A DNA stretch of 64,000 nucleotides from Deinococcus sp. (GTDB taxonomy: Bacteria; Deinococcota; Deinococci; Deinococcales; Deinococcaceae), in NCBI GenBank assembly GCA_965261005.1, contig OZ253375.1, positions 1,856,001 to 1,920,000 on the forward strand, read 5' to 3'. This document shows, one piece after another, positions 8,456 through 21,547 of this stretch. The translations under genes were made by a program, and so were the position numbers. Each line of letters opens with the position of its first letter. Position 1 is the stretch's first letter. The notes under the pieces were generated by a model. That model saw nothing but the letters and a program-made list of their open reading frames with translations. It was not told where the DNA came from and searched no databases.

Positions 8456-9118
8456 TTACATGCTCACCGAACGCCGCCCAATCGCCGCCATGAACTCCGC
8501 CCGGGTGTGGGCGTCGTCGCGGAACACGCCGCGCATGGCCGAGGTGGTGGTGGCCGAGTGCTGCTTCTCCACGCCGCGCATCGCCATGCACAGGTGGACG
8601 CCCTCCAACACGACGGCGACCCCTTTGGGAGACAGCAGCTCCTGCACGCCCTCCGCGATCTGGGCGGTGATGCGCTCCTGCACCTGAAGGCGGCGCGCGA
8701 ACATGTCGGTCAGGCGCGCGAATTTACTCAGCCCCAAAATCTTTTCATCCGGGATGTAGCCGATGTGCGCCCGGCCGTAAAACGGCAGCATGTGGTGCTC
8801 GCACATCGAGTAGAACTCAATGTCCTTGACCACCACCATCTCCGACCCCTCGGCCGCGAAGACCGCGCCGTTCGACACATCCTCCAGGGCCACGCGGTAG
8901 CCGCTGGTCAGGTATTGCCAAGCTTTCTCGACGCGGGTGGGCGTCTTTTGCAGCCCCTCGCGCTGGGGGTCCTCGCCGATCAGCTCCAGCCAGTCGCGGG
9001 TCAGCGCGGCGAGGCCGGGCGTCTTGATCTGATCCGGCGGCAAGGTGTCGCTGTCGCGCAGCTGTTCGAGTTCGTCCAAATCCGGCTCTCTTGTGGTCAC
9101 GGGAATCCCTTCTATCAA
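8456..9118 (-). CDS. folE: GTP cyclohydrolase I
   Basis: [39 protein letters not shown]. Confidence 0.97.
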   Translation of the reverse strand: MIEGIPVTTREPDLDELEQLRDSDTLPPDQIKTPGLAALTRDWLELIGEDPQREGLQKTPTRVEKAWQYLTSGYRVALEDVSNGAVFAAEGSEMVVVKDIEFYSMCEHHMLPFYGRAHIGYIPDEKILGLSKFARLTDMFARRLQVQERITAQIAEGVQELLSPKGVAVVLEGVHLCMAMRGVEKQHSATTTSAMRGVFRDDAHTRAEFMAAIGRRSVSM

Positions 9119-9203
9119 GGGAGTCTAGAAGCGCGGCGCCCGGGGGACTGTCACGCCCGTCAGATATGGAGGCTGGGGACAGGCGTCCTTTCCCACAACC
9201 TGC

Positions 9204-10421
<1,218 letters not shown>

Positions 10422-10625
10422 AGCCTCCCCGGCCGCGCTCCGCTGAGGGAAAAACCTGCAAAAAAAGTACGGCGCGCGGCGCCGTGTCTGAGCTTACCAA
10501 GAATGATGGGCGGCTTGACGGGGCGGAAACTGTGCGGACGCGACTGACCTCCGATTGCATTGTCGACGAGGCATCTGCTACACCTTAACCATTGAAGTGC
10601 TTCAATAGAAAGTGTTGGAGGGCGA

Positions 10626-11408
10626 ATGGGTCAGTCGTTTGTGGTCACCGGCGGAGGACAGGGTGTCGGACGCAGCATTGTTGAACGCCTCGTGCAAGCT
10701 GGGCATCACGTCGCCGTCATCGAACTCAACGAAGAAGCGCTGGCCTGGCGATCCGCTCACCCACACCACGATCGCCTGCTTCCGGTGATCGGGAGTGCTG
10801 CTGAGGAAGTCACCACCGAGCGGGCCGCTGACCTCGCCAGTGAGGCCGGACAATTGGCCGGATGGGTCAACAACGCGGCCATCTTCCGCGACACCTTCCT
10901 TCACACCTCACCTTCCAGCGAGGTGCTCGACTTGATCCACCTAAACTTCGACCCGGTCTTAGTGGGCTGTCGCACGGCCGTGAAACGCTTCTTGAAGGAG
11001 CGTTCGGGCGGGGCCATCGTCAACGTATCCTCACACCAGGCGCGGCGCCCAGTGCGTGGCGCCCTGCCGTACTCCACGGCCAAGGCCGCCATTGAAGGAC
11101 TGACGCGGGCACTCGCGGTGGAGTATGGCCCTCTCGGCATTCGCACGAACGGTGTAGCACTCGGCTCCATCGCCACAGAGCGGTACGAGGCCTATCTCCA
11201 AGGCAAAAGTCATGAACAACAGGCGGCCACCAGCGACCACATGGCGCAGCTTCATCCTCTCGGCCGGGTGGGGCAGGTGCGAGAGGTGGCGGACGCCGTG
11301 TACTTTCTCCTCTCCGGCGCAGCCTCCTTCATCAACGGTGCCATCCTTCCTGTGGACGGGGGACGGAGCGTCCTCGGCCACGACCCTGAGGCGCAGCCGT
11401 CGCCTTAA
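10626..11408 (+). CDS. SDR family oxidoreductase
   Basis: TGGGQGVG, NNAA, YSTAK, VDGG. Confidence 0.9.
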   Translation: MGQSFVVTGGGQGVGRSIVERLVQAGHHVAVIELNEEALAWRSAHPHHDRLLPVIGSAAEEVTTERAADLASEAGQLAGWVNNAAIFRDTFLHTSPSSEVLDLIHLNFDPVLVGCRTAVKRFLKERSGGAIVNVSSHQARRPVRGALPYSTAKAAIEGLTRALAVEYGPLGIRTNGVALGSIATERYEAYLQGKSHEQQAATSDHMAQLHPLGRVGQVREVADAVYFLLSGAASFINGAILPVDGGRSVLGHDPEAQPSP

Positions 11409-11440
11409 CTGACCAGTTGCACAGTTTGGAGAATAAGGCG

Positions 11441-11470
11441 AGAGGGCCTGCACGCGCGTGCAGGCCCTTT
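11441..11470. terminator. Hairpin terminator between convergent genes
   Basis: AGGGCCTGCACG-cg-CGTGCAGGCCCT followed by TTT. Confidence 0.75.
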
Positions 11471-11482
11471 TCTAAAAGCGCT

Positions 11483-12997
11483 TTACAGCATCAGGCGGAT
11501 GGGCGTTTCGAGCAGTTCCGCGACGCCCTTCAAAAAGGCCGCACCGGCGCGCAGCGGCACCTCGCCTGTCAGGGTCAGGGTGGCCTCCTGGCCGCGCATG
11601 CGGCCGATCGCCAGCACGGCGCCGCTCATGGGCAGCTCCAACTCATCCAGGCCGAGTTCGCCCGCGTCCACGACCATCAGGTCCATGTGCTGACCCGGTT
11701 GGGCCGCGTGGACGTCGGCGACGGCCGAGCGGAAGTCCCCGAGCAGGTTGGGGGTGCTCAGCGGCGTCACGTCGTCCGCCACGCCCAGCACGCCCACGCC
11801 GGCCAGACCGAGCGTTCCCGCGTGACGGGCGGCGGCGCGCGCCACGAACAGCGCGAGGGGAGCGGGACGCCCGAAGTGCTCGCTCAGGTGGGCGCGCGCG
11901 CTCGACAGCGCCGAGGCGTCGAAGCTCAGGCGCAGGGTCGCCGTTTGCCGGTAAGCCGCTGGTCCGGTGGAAGTCTGCGCCGGCACGGCCGCCGGGGTGG
12001 GGCTGGCGACGGGGCTGGCAGCGGCGGGCGCGCTGGGAACATACACCTCGCGCACGAGGGGCGCTGGCTGCTCCGGTGCGGTGGCCCGCTCCGCCTGAAC
12101 GGGTTCCGGCGCCGCTTGCTGCGTGGGCGCGACTGGTTCCTGCCGACTTGGTTCTTGCCGGCTCGGTTCGGGCTGAACTGGCTCTGGCTGACTCGGCTCC
12201 TGAACTGGCTCGGGCTGACGCTCGGTGCGGTACAGGCTCGACAGCAGGCTGCCGGTAGACGCCGCGCTGGCCTGCGGATCGTGCCAGCCGCTTTCCTCTT
12301 CGCTGGGTACGTTCTCGGTGTCGGCAATGCCGTCCTCGGGGTCCCCCTGCACGGCGGGCGACCCCTCGGGCAGGCCCATCGGGTTTTCGCTGGGGTGCGG
12401 TGGGGCATCTTGGGCCGGGTCCACGTAGGCGGGGGTGGGGCTGGAGGTCGGCTCGGTCAAGGGCCGGGCGGGCATGCCGGGGTTGAGGGCGCCGGGAATG
12501 ATGGCGGTGTCGGGCCGCACCGGATTCTCGATCACCTCGGCGCCGGCGAACTCGGCGTCCTCCAGCTCGTGGGCCATGTCCTCGGGGTCGCGCGTGACGG
12601 CGGCGCGCTCGCGCTCTTCGCGCTCCGTATCCGCTTGAAGCCTGGCGTCTTGAAGCGGCTCGTCCTCGAACTCCAACTCGAAGTCCAGCGCGTCCGTGTT
12701 CAGCTGCGGACTCAGCTCCGGATTCGCCGGGCGCGCGCTCGACACGAAGTTGGCGATGTCGCTGTCCACCCCGGCGGCGGACAGCATCTCCAAGCTGGGC
12801 GCCTCGCCGTTCCAATCGGGCGGCGGCAAGTCCACCGGCGTCGCGGGCGGCTCCTCCTCGCCGCTCATCACGCGCGTGAGGTAGTTGAGAATGTCCTGCT
12901 CGACCACCTCCCCTTGGTTGCCGCTGCCATCAATCCTGCGCCAATCGATGCCGTTGGCCTCTGCCAGTACCCTCGCCAACGGAGCAATCATCTCCAT
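11483..12997 (-). CDS. E3-binding-domain protein with a long acidic/Pro-rich linker and a degenerate acyltransferase-like C-terminus
   Basis: IAPLARVLAEANGIDWRRIDGSGNQGEVVEQDI (peripheral-subunit-binding motif); C-terminal GAAFLKGVAELLETP; RBS AAGGGG before ATG 12997. Confidence 0.75.
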   Translation of the reverse strand: MEMIAPLARVLAEANGIDWRRIDGSGNQGEVVEQDILNYLTRVMSGEEEPPATPVDLPPPDWNGEAPSLEMLSAAGVDSDIANFVSSARPANPELSPQLNTDALDFELEFEDEPLQDARLQADTEREERERAAVTRDPEDMAHELEDAEFAGAEVIENPVRPDTAIIPGALNPGMPARPLTEPTSSPTPAYVDPAQDAPPHPSENPMGLPEGSPAVQGDPEDGIADTENVPSEEESGWHDPQASAASTGSLLSSLYRTERQPEPVQEPSQPEPVQPEPSRQEPSRQEPVAPTQQAAPEPVQAERATAPEQPAPLVREVYVPSAPAAASPVASPTPAAVPAQTSTGPAAYRQTATLRLSFDASALSSARAHLSEHFGRPAPLALFVARAAARHAGTLGLAGVGVLGVADDVTPLSTPNLLGDFRSAVADVHAAQPGQHMDLMVVDAGELGLDELELPMSGAVLAIGRMRGQEATLTLTGEVPLRAGAAFLKGVAELLETPIRLML

Positions 12998-13300
12998 GTC
13001 TTCCCCTTTCGCGTCCGCTTTCGGCTGGGCGCCCTGAGCACCGGCGCGCGCGCGCTCCGCCGGTCGTGCTTGCAAACTTTGGAACAGTTTCTCATCAGCG
13101 TCGGTCCTGCCTGCATCATATGGTGTCGGGGTCTTACATCTTTCTGACAAACCTCTTGATAAGGCGCCACGCCGGGACGGTCAGCCAATCCCAACCCACT
13201 CTACCCCGTCCGGCCCCCTTTTGTGAGATGTGGCGCTTTTCGGCCAACCCTTCGGTGTGGCCGGGACCAATTGCTCGCCCCCCACGCCTAGACTGCCCGC

Positions 13301-15142
13301 ATGGCTTTTCCCGATTTGCAAAGCTTTGTCGCCCTGCTGGAGGCGCGCGGTGAACTCGTGCGGGTGTCCGTGCCGGTGGACCCTAAGCTCGAAATCACCG
13401 AGATCGCCGACCGCCTCGTGAAGCGTGGCGGCCCCGCCGTCTTGTTCGATCGCGTCTTGGGCAGCGACTTCCCTTTGGTCATCGGCTTGTTAGGAACGCG
13501 TGAGCGCATGGCGCTGGCCCTCGGGGTCGTGGACCTGGACGATTTGGGACGCAAGGTGTGCGACCTGCTGGACCTCAAGATGGGGTCGGGGCTGGGCGGC
13601 CTCCTGTCCAACCTGCCCAAGCTGCGCGAGGTGGCCAGCTTGCCGCCCAGGCGGGTGCGGCGCGCCCCGGTACAGGAAGTGGTGTGGCGCGGGGACGAGG
13701 TGGACCTGACCAAGCTGCCGGTGCTGACCTGCTGGCCCCAAGACGGCGGCCCCTTTGTCACGTTGCCGCTGGTCATCACGCGGGACCCCGCCACGGGGGA
13801 AACCAATATGGGCATGTACCGCATGCAGGTGATGGGGCCGCAGGAGACTGGCATGCACTGGCAGCGCCACAAGACCGGCGCGCGCCACCTGGAAAGCGCC
13901 GGCAGGCTCGGCCAGAAGCTGGAGGTCGCGGTGGCCCTGGGCGGCGACCCGGCCCTGATCTACGCCGCCACCGCCCCGCTGCCCCCCGTGCCGGGCCTGA
14001 CTGAGTTCGCCCTCGCGGGCTACCTGCGCGGCCAGCGCTCCCCGGTCGTCAAGGGCGTGACGGTGGACCTCGACGTGCCCGCCAACGCCGAGTTTATCTT
14101 GGAGGGTTACGTGGACCCCGCCGAGCCTTGGCAGCCCGAGGGACCCTTCGGCGACCACACCGGCTTTTACACCCCGGTGGACTTGTACCCGCGCTTTCAC
14201 GTCACGGCCGTGACCATGCGCCGGAACCCCATCTATCCCGCGACCATCGTCGGCCGCCCCCCCATGGAGGACGCCTACCTGATCGAGGCGTCCGAGCGGC
14301 TGTTTCTGCCCGCCGCCCAATTGATTCTGCCGGAGATCGTGGACTACCACCTGCCGCCGGCGGGCGTGGCGCACAACCTGGTGGTGGTCAGCATCAAGAA
14401 GCAGTATCCCGGCCAAGCCTATAAGGCGGCGCAGGGCCTCCTCGGCCTCGGCCAGATGATGTTCGCCAAGGTGGTGGTCGTTGTGGACGCGGAGGTCCCC
14501 GTGACCGATTCCGAGCGGGTGTGGCGCGAGGTGGCGCGCAGGGCCGTGCCGGGGCGTGACACCCTGATCACGCGCGGCCCCGCCGACGTGCTCGACCATT
14601 CCAGCGGGGCCTGGAGCTTTGGGGGCAAGCTGATCGTGGACGCCACGACCAAGCGGCCGGAGGAGGTTGGGGCGGCGGTCAGCTCGCGCCCCGGCGAAGC
14701 CGACGAACGGGAAGAAGCGGGGTACGAACCCTTCTTGGGCGCGGCCTACAGCTCTGAAATTGAGGGCGTTACCGAGACGTACCACAACGGCGACGGCTAC
14801 TGGGTCGTCAAGGTGGACAAGTCGCGGCTCGGCCAGAGCGCCCAACTTCTGGGTGAAGCTTTGGCGAGCCACGAGGCGGCAGGGGGCGTCCGCCACATCC
14901 TGCTGGTGGACGAGCGCACAAACGTGCGCGACCGTCAGGACGTGTGGTGGACGGTCCTCAACAACATCGACCCCGAGCGCGACGTGCGGGCGGTGAACGG
15001 CAAGCTGATCTGGGACGCGACCCGCAAGTTGCCGGAAGAAGGCTTCACCCGCATCTGGCCCGACAAGATCGAAATGACGCCCGCCATTCAGGCAAAGGTG
15101 AGCGCGCGCTGGCACCTGTACGGCCTTTCCAGGGAGGCGTGA
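13301..15142 (+). CDS. UbiD-family decarboxylase, probably the menaquinone (futalosine pathway) type
   Basis: WPQDGGPFVTLP, NMGMYRMQ, EGPFGDHTGFY, ATIVGRPPMED, duplicated C-terminal domain; TAGACT 6 nt before the ATG. Confidence 0.88.
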   Translation: MAFPDLQSFVALLEARGELVRVSVPVDPKLEITEIADRLVKRGGPAVLFDRVLGSDFPLVIGLLGTRERMALALGVVDLDDLGRKVCDLLDLKMGSGLGGLLSNLPKLREVASLPPRRVRRAPVQEVVWRGDEVDLTKLPVLTCWPQDGGPFVTLPLVITRDPATGETNMGMYRMQVMGPQETGMHWQRHKTGARHLESAGRLGQKLEVAVALGGDPALIYAATAPLPPVPGLTEFALAGYLRGQRSPVVKGVTVDLDVPANAEFILEGYVDPAEPWQPEGPFGDHTGFYTPVDLYPRFHVTAVTMRRNPIYPATIVGRPPMEDAYLIEASERLFLPAAQLILPEIVDYHLPPAGVAHNLVVVSIKKQYPGQAYKAAQGLLGLGQMMFAKVVVVVDAEVPVTDSERVWREVARRAVPGRDTLITRGPADVLDHSSGAWSFGGKLIVDATTKRPEEVGAAVSSRPGEADEREEAGYEPFLGAAYSSEIEGVTETYHNGDGYWVVKVDKSRLGQSAQLLGEALASHEAAGGVRHILLVDERTNVRDRQDVWWTVLNNIDPERDVRAVNGKLIWDATRKLPEEGFTRIWPDKIEMTPAIQAKVSARWHLYGLSREA

Positions 15143-15173
15143 CCCCGTTTACCCGGTACCCCGGTTGGGGGAC

Positions 15174-15202
15174 TTGACAGATTCCCGCCTAGCCCATATA
15201 TT
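15174..15202 (+). promoter_or_regulatory. Sigma-70 promoter of the 16S gene
   Basis: TTGACA-17 nt-TATATT. Confidence 0.85.
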
Positions 15203-15363
15203 AACCAAGCCTTTTCGAAGGCGGGGCATATGACAAGGGAAGAGGAAGCGAGCGAGGGGTGCATCCGACAGGGTGTGGCATCCGGGCCGAGAGGTCTCCA
15301 GAGGTGCGAAAGAGCAGGACCAGCAGTTGTGAGCAACGGTCTACGGACTGAAGGTTCAACCAT

Positions 15364-16876
<1,513 letters not shown>

Positions 16877-16911
16877 ACCTCCTCGCCTATCCCTCTTCCC
16901 CACATGCCTTC

Positions 16912-16947
16912 AGTCCCCTGGTCGAAAGATCCGGGGACTTCCCTTTT
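16912..16947 (+). terminator. Terminator directly after the 16S gene
   Basis: AGTCCCC(T)GGTC-gaaa-GATCCGGGGACT followed by TCCCTTTT. Confidence 0.75.
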
Positions 16948-16999
16948 GCCTCAAGATCGGCTGTTGGCCGCTCTATTCGTACTTGGTCTAGCTTGAAGC

Positions 17000-17575
17000 A
17001 TGTCTTCTCTCCGCCCCCACGACCGCGACCACCTGCAAGAAGCCCTGCGCCTGGCGCGCACCTCGCCCGAGTTTGGCTCATCGCCGGTGGGGGCGGTGCT
17101 GGCGGACAGGGACGGGAGGGTCATTGCGCGCGGGCGCAACCGGGTCAATGAGGCGTGGGACCTGGCCGGCAAGCATGTCGGTGACGCCTCCTTCGCCCAC
17201 GCCGAGATGGACATCTACTTTCAGGTCGGCCACATCGAGGACGCTGGGGGCTGCACCCTCTACACCTCGCTCGAACCCTGCCTGATGTGCGGCGGCGCGG
17301 CGGGCATGGTGGGCCTGGGGCGCTTGGTGTGGGCCTGCGACGACCCCTGGGGTGGCTCCGGGCGCTTGATCGCTTGGAACGAGCATCCCGCCTTTAGGGA
17401 GATCGAGATCGTGGCGTGCCCTTACGGCGACCTGGAGCGCGAGGCCGCCGCGCTGTTCGCCCCCGAGGCCAAGCGCGCCTACCCGGAGGAGGGCTGGCGT
17501 AAGTGGCAGGGGCGCTACCCGGAGGTTGCGGAACGGGTAGACGCAGAGAGGTTGAAGGCGCCGCAAGAGAGGTAA
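17000..17575 (+). CDS. Cytidine/adenosine-type Zn nucleoside deaminase
   Basis: SSPVGAVL, HAE, LYTSLEPCLMC. Confidence 0.9.
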   Translation: MSSLRPHDRDHLQEALRLARTSPEFGSSPVGAVLADRDGRVIARGRNRVNEAWDLAGKHVGDASFAHAEMDIYFQVGHIEDAGGCTLYTSLEPCLMCGGAAGMVGLGRLVWACDDPWGGSGRLIAWNEHPAFREIEIVACPYGDLEREAAALFAPEAKRAYPEEGWRKWQGRYPEVAERVDAERLKAPQER

Positions 17576-17577
17576 AT

Positions 17578-18663
17578 CTACGGCGCTTCTCGCGCCAGCA
17601 GTTCCGCCAGGGCCGCCGCGTGCGTCTCCAAGTCCTCGACTGAAATGGCCTCGCGGGTGGTGTGGGCCAGCGCCTGGTCGCCGGGTCCCCAGCCCACCGT
17701 GGGCCAGCCAGCCTTGGCGGTGTAGCGCCCGTCGGTCGCAAAGGACCACAGGCCCGACTCCGGGCGCTGGGTATAGGGCAGCACTTTCCGGGCCAGCGGG
17801 CTGTCCGGTTCGGTGGCGAAGCCGGGGGTGTTTTTGGGCGTCCACATGGGAGCGACTTCACCTGTGGCGGGCAAGCCCTTCAGCAATTCAGCCAGTGTCT
17901 CCCGCATCTGCGCCTCCGATTCGCTGCCGCGCCAATCGAGCGTGACAACCGCCGTGTTGGAAGTCAGATTTTCGCTGCCCGAGTCAGTCACGACTTGGGT
18001 GGGCGTCAGCGTGGACCGTCCTACGACCGGGTGCGTCGGCAGCTCAAGCGCCTGCACGCGCCGCAGCAATTCCCCCAACGCGAAGAGCGGGTTCTCTGGC
18101 AGGGCCAAGCTGGCGTGGTGGGCCGCGCCGCGCAGCGTGACCTGCACGTGCGCCACGCCCCGGTGCCCCAGCATCAGCTGGTTCCCGGAAGGCTCGCCCA
18201 CGATGACAGCGCCGATCTCGGCGGGTGGGTGCGCGACCAGGTGGGCCGCGCCCGCCCCGCCGACCTCCTCCTCGGTGACGCTGGCGAGCCACACGTCGCG
18301 TTTGGGACGTTTTCCAGTTGCCAGCAGCTTTGCCAGGGCGTAGGTTTGCGCCGCCAGCGGCCCCTTGATGTCCACGGCGCCGCGCCCGTGGACCATCCCT
18401 CCTGCGAGGACGCCCTCAAAGGGGGAATGCGTCCACAAGCTGGGGTCGCCCTCGTGGACGTGATCGAGGTGGGTGAGCAGCAGCCAAGCCGGGCCGCCCT
18501 CTTCGCCGCGCACCAAGCCCAGCGCGTTGCCGGCGGCGTCGGTGCGCGCCTCGTCGAAGCCGAGTTCCCGCCACTCGACCAGCACGCGCCGCGCCAGCTC
18601 ACCTTCCTGGCCGGGCACGGAGCGAATGCGGATCAGGTCGCGCAAAAAGTCGGTCGCGGTCAT
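17578..18663 (-). CDS. M20/M25/M40 family metallohydrolase
   Basis: THLDHV, GRGAVDIKG, TEEE, GEPS, AHTTRE. Confidence 0.9.
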   Translation of the reverse strand: MTATDFLRDLIRIRSVPGQEGELARRVLVEWRELGFDEARTDAAGNALGLVRGEEGGPAWLLLTHLDHVHEGDPSLWTHSPFEGVLAGGMVHGRGAVDIKGPLAAQTYALAKLLATGKRPKRDVWLASVTEEEVGGAGAAHLVAHPPAEIGAVIVGEPSGNQLMLGHRGVAHVQVTLRGAAHHASLALPENPLFALGELLRRVQALELPTHPVVGRSTLTPTQVVTDSGSENLTSNTAVVTLDWRGSESEAQMRETLAELLKGLPATGEVAPMWTPKNTPGFATEPDSPLARKVLPYTQRPESGLWSFATDGRYTAKAGWPTVGWGPGDQALAHTTREAISVEDLETHAAALAELLAREAP

Positions 18664-18730
18664 GCGGGGATGCTAGCGCCTACACAAGTGAGCGGGGCGG
18701 CCGAAGCCGCCCCGCCCTTGACCACCGCTC

Positions 18731-19390
18731 TCAGTTCGCGCTGTTCGCGGTCTCGGCCTCGAAGTTGCGCTTGAAGTTCTGAAGGTCGTCGGCGATCTGG
18801 ACGCTGGGTTCCTCGCCGAACAGCTTGGCGACGGCGGCGCCCAGTTGGCCGGCGGGCGGGCGGTACGAAAGCGCCACATGAACGCGGGTGGAGCCGCCGG
18901 GCAAGCTCTCGAACTGCACGCTGCCGGCGTTGTCCACGGTGGCGCCGGGCAGCGAGTGCCAGCCGATGCGCTCGCCGGGCTTGTCGTTCACGATCTCGGC
19001 GTCCCACTCGACGTGGGTGCCGAGGGGCGCCTTGGCGACCCAGTGCGAGCGGCGGTCGTCTTGCTCGGTCACCGTCTCCAGGTGGCTCATAATCTGGGGC
19101 AGGTTCTCCAGCTTGCGCCAGTAGCTGTAGACCTCCTGCGCGGGCCGGTCAATCACGATGGAGTGTTCCACGAAGATGGGCTTGCTGTTGGCCGCGCCCG
19201 CCGAGGCGGTGTTCATGCCGGCCGCCGCGTAAGCCGGGTCGTGGCCGCTGGCGCCGCGAAACACCAGGTAGCCGCCGGCCGCCGCGAGCAAGAGACCGCC
19301 GAAGCCGCCGCGCCTGAGGCCCAGCAAGGCGAGCACGCCGCCGGCCGCCGCCGAAATCATCCGTTCATTGCTGCTGACGTTGGTTTCCAT
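18731..19390 (-). CDS. SRPBCC (cyclase-like) protein with an N-terminal DUF2892-like membrane segment
   Basis: [14 protein letters not shown]..., [34 protein letters not shown]. Confidence 0.85.
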   Translation of the reverse strand: METNVSSNERMISAAAGGVLALLGLRRGGFGGLLLAAAGGYLVFRGASGHDPAYAAAGMNTASAGAANSKPIFVEHSIVIDRPAQEVYSYWRKLENLPQIMSHLETVTEQDDRRSHWVAKAPLGTHVEWDAEIVNDKPGERIGWHSLPGATVDNAGSVQFESLPGGSTRVHVALSYRPPAGQLGAAVAKLFGEEPSVQIADDLQNFKRNFEAETANSAN

Positions 19391-19442
19391 AGATCCTCCT
19401 TCTGATCTTTCCTATCCTGAACCAAAACGCCGCCGGGTGTAT

Positions 19443-20438
19443 TCATGCTTTCTGAACGACCGGCGCTTTCGCCCGTGACCAAAATTGCCCCAGGGCCGCC
19501 GCCGTCCCGTCCGGCGCGTCGAACTGCGGCAGGCCGCGCGTGCCGGGGATGCGCTCGGCGCGCACGTTGGGGTTGTTGTCCATCAGCTCGGGCAGGCGGT
19601 CGAAGTTGACAAAGGCGTCTTGGTCGTACAGCACCAGCGTGGGCACGTTCAATTGGGCGTACAGCTTCTCGAAGGCATTCCGGGTGAACAGCGACCCCGA
19701 GAGAAAATACAATGGCGCGTGCCGCGCGCCGGGGCGGTGGCCGCTGAGGTAGCCGTAGTCGGCGAGGGGCTGGTCCACGGGTCCCGCGAAGCTTCGCTTG
19801 AGAAAGTAGACGATGCTGGGGCGCGTGACGATCAGGTCATAGAGGGCCTGCGCCCACAGCGGAAAGGCCAACTGACGGTGAAGCCGTTCGGTCGCGCCCT
19901 CAGCGTTGGCCCGCTGGGTTCCGCCGCGCGGACTGCCCAAGCCGCTGGGCGAGATCAGGGTGAGCGAGCGCACCCCGCCGCCCTCCAGCGCGGCGCGCGC
20001 CGCGAACTCCGACCCCAGCGACAGCGCCACCACGTCCGCCTCGCCCGTCCGCTCCAGCAACGCCCGCGCAGACCGCGCGAACAGCTCCGGCGTGTAGCGC
20101 ACGTCCGGCCGCTCCGAGTGGCCGAAGCCGGGCCAATCCAGGGCGAACACCGGCCGCTCGCCGCGAAAGCGCCCGAACAGGGGGCGCATCTCGGCGCTGG
20201 ACGCGGCGGCGTTGACCGAGTGCAACAGGATGAGCGGGCGCCCGCTGCCCGAACGGTCGGCGTACAGCGCCAAGCGTCCGAAGCCAGGCAGCTCGAAGTC
20301 CTCACGCCCCGCGTCGAGGGCGCGCGGCAGCGGCAAATCGTGCGCCAGGGCGAGGCGGCTGTACGCCAGCCAGCCCAGCAAGCCCAAGCCGGCCAGCTTG
20401 ACGGCCCCACCGATTTTGGACAGGACGCTCAAGCCCAC
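19443..20438 (-). CDS. Alpha/beta fold hydrolase-like protein
   Basis: LLHSVNAAASS, DWPGFGHSERP, VVALSLG; start approximate. Confidence 0.8.
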   Translation of the reverse strand: MGLSVLSKIGGAVKLAGLGLLGWLAYSRLALAHDLPLPRALDAGREDFELPGFGRLALYADRSGSGRPLILLHSVNAAASSAEMRPLFGRFRGERPVFALDWPGFGHSERPDVRYTPELFARSARALLERTGEADVVALSLGSEFAARAALEGGGVRSLTLISPSGLGSPRGGTQRANAEGATERLHRQLAFPLWAQALYDLIVTRPSIVYFLKRSFAGPVDQPLADYGYLSGHRPGARHAPLYFLSGSLFTRNAFEKLYAQLNVPTLVLYDQDAFVNFDRLPELMDNNPNVRAERIPGTRGLPQFDAPDGTAAALGQFWSRAKAPVVQKA

Positions 20439-20442
20439 TCGC

Positions 20443-20709
20443 TCACTCGCCGTCCGTCTTTTGGCGCTCGCCCACGGCGTCTTGCATGGCCTCCTCACCC
20501 TGCGGGGTGTTGGACAGGGCCGGGTCGAGGTTAGTGTTCATGCCGGCCGTCGCGTCGGTGGGGTCGTCACTCATGTAGCCGGTCGGCGTGTCGGGCACGA
20601 CCGGGTCGGTTTCGCCCTCGTGCGCCTTGTCCGGCATGGCGCTCGACCCGCCGCTGTAGCTGGTGTCGTAGCCGCGCAGGCCCTTCACCTCATCCTGATC
20701 TTCAGTCAT
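20443..20709 (-). CDS. Small acidic, probably disordered protein
   Basis: RBS GGAGAGGA; overlaps the upstream ORF; D/E/T/G-rich. Confidence 0.7.
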   Translation of the reverse strand: MTEDQDEVKGLRGYDTSYSGGSSAMPDKAHEGETDPVVPDTPTGYMSDDPTDATAGMNTNLDPALSNTPQGEEAMQDAVGERQKTDGE

Positions 20710-21115
20710 GGTCCTCTCCTTGTCCGGGCAGCCCGTCCGGGGCGCTCACGTTGCCGGCGGCGCCGCTGTTCGCGTTGCGGTCGTCCCACGAGCCGGCCTG
20801 AGCGCCCGCCCCGCTGCGCAGCGAGCGGTCCTCGGTGGTACCGCCCACGTCGCCCGAGCCGCGCGCCACATACTGGTCGGTCGTGCCGTCCCGGTTGGGC
20901 ACCGGAACTTGAGGGTCCTCACGCCCCCCTTCCCGACTATTGGCTTCGCGAATCTCGGCGCCGCTCAGCTCGGGTTCGGGCCGGTCGCGCGGCGCGCTCA
21001 TGCCCGAGGTGGTGTCCTGGGTGTCGCCCAGCAAGTCCGGGCTGGTGCCGCCGGTGATGTCCGGCTCGGCCGCTCGCGTATCTTGGGGTTCTGAATCCCG
21101 GTCGTTCATGATCAC
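20702..21115 (-). CDS. Hydrophilic, probably disordered protein
   Basis: RBS GGAGG; start overlaps the upstream stop; G/D/T/R-rich. Confidence 0.7.
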   Translation of the reverse strand: MIMNDRDSEPQDTRAAEPDITGGTSPDLLGDTQDTTSGMSAPRDRPEPELSGAEIREANSREGGREDPQVPVPNRDGTTDQYVARGSGDVGGTTEDRSLRSGAGAQAGSWDDRNANSGAAGNVSAPDGLPGQGEDHD

Positions 21116-21399
21116 GCCTCCGCTTGCCGAATCGCCGCCGGTTGGGCCTCTGGGTTTTGGGTCATGGCACCTTGACGAAACTCGTCCTCGCTTTTGCTGA
21201 GGTACAGCGCCCCGCCCTCCACGCGCCCGACCCAGTGCAACGGAATCCAGCGGTGCTGGCCGCTGGGGGAGTCTTTGCGGGTCAGCTTGACGTAGTTGCC
21301 TTCGAGGTGGTCCACGGTGCCGACTTGGACGCTGCCCGCCCCCCGGGAAGCGAGCACCGCCTGGTGTTCGCGAATCTGGTCGCTGATTTGGCTATTCAT
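21112..21399 (-). CDS. DUF2171 family protein
   Basis: IREHQAV...VGTVDHLEGNYVKLTRKDS..HRWIPLHWV. Confidence 0.8.
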   Translation of the reverse strand: MNSQISDQIREHQAVLASRGAGSVQVGTVDHLEGNYVKLTRKDSPSGQHRWIPLHWVGRVEGGALYLSKSEDEFRQGAMTQNPEAQPAAIRQAEA

Positions 21400-21547
21400 G
21401 CCATATTCTTGGCGCCCCAGCGCCGTGATGGGTGTGCGGCGTGTCCAGCGCCTTTGAGGCACAATTCAAGGATCAAGAGAAGGTGAAGTCCGGCGGCTGG
21501 TGCCCGTCCGCACGCTCTCCCCGGGCCGTTCGGGCTAGCCTACGGAC

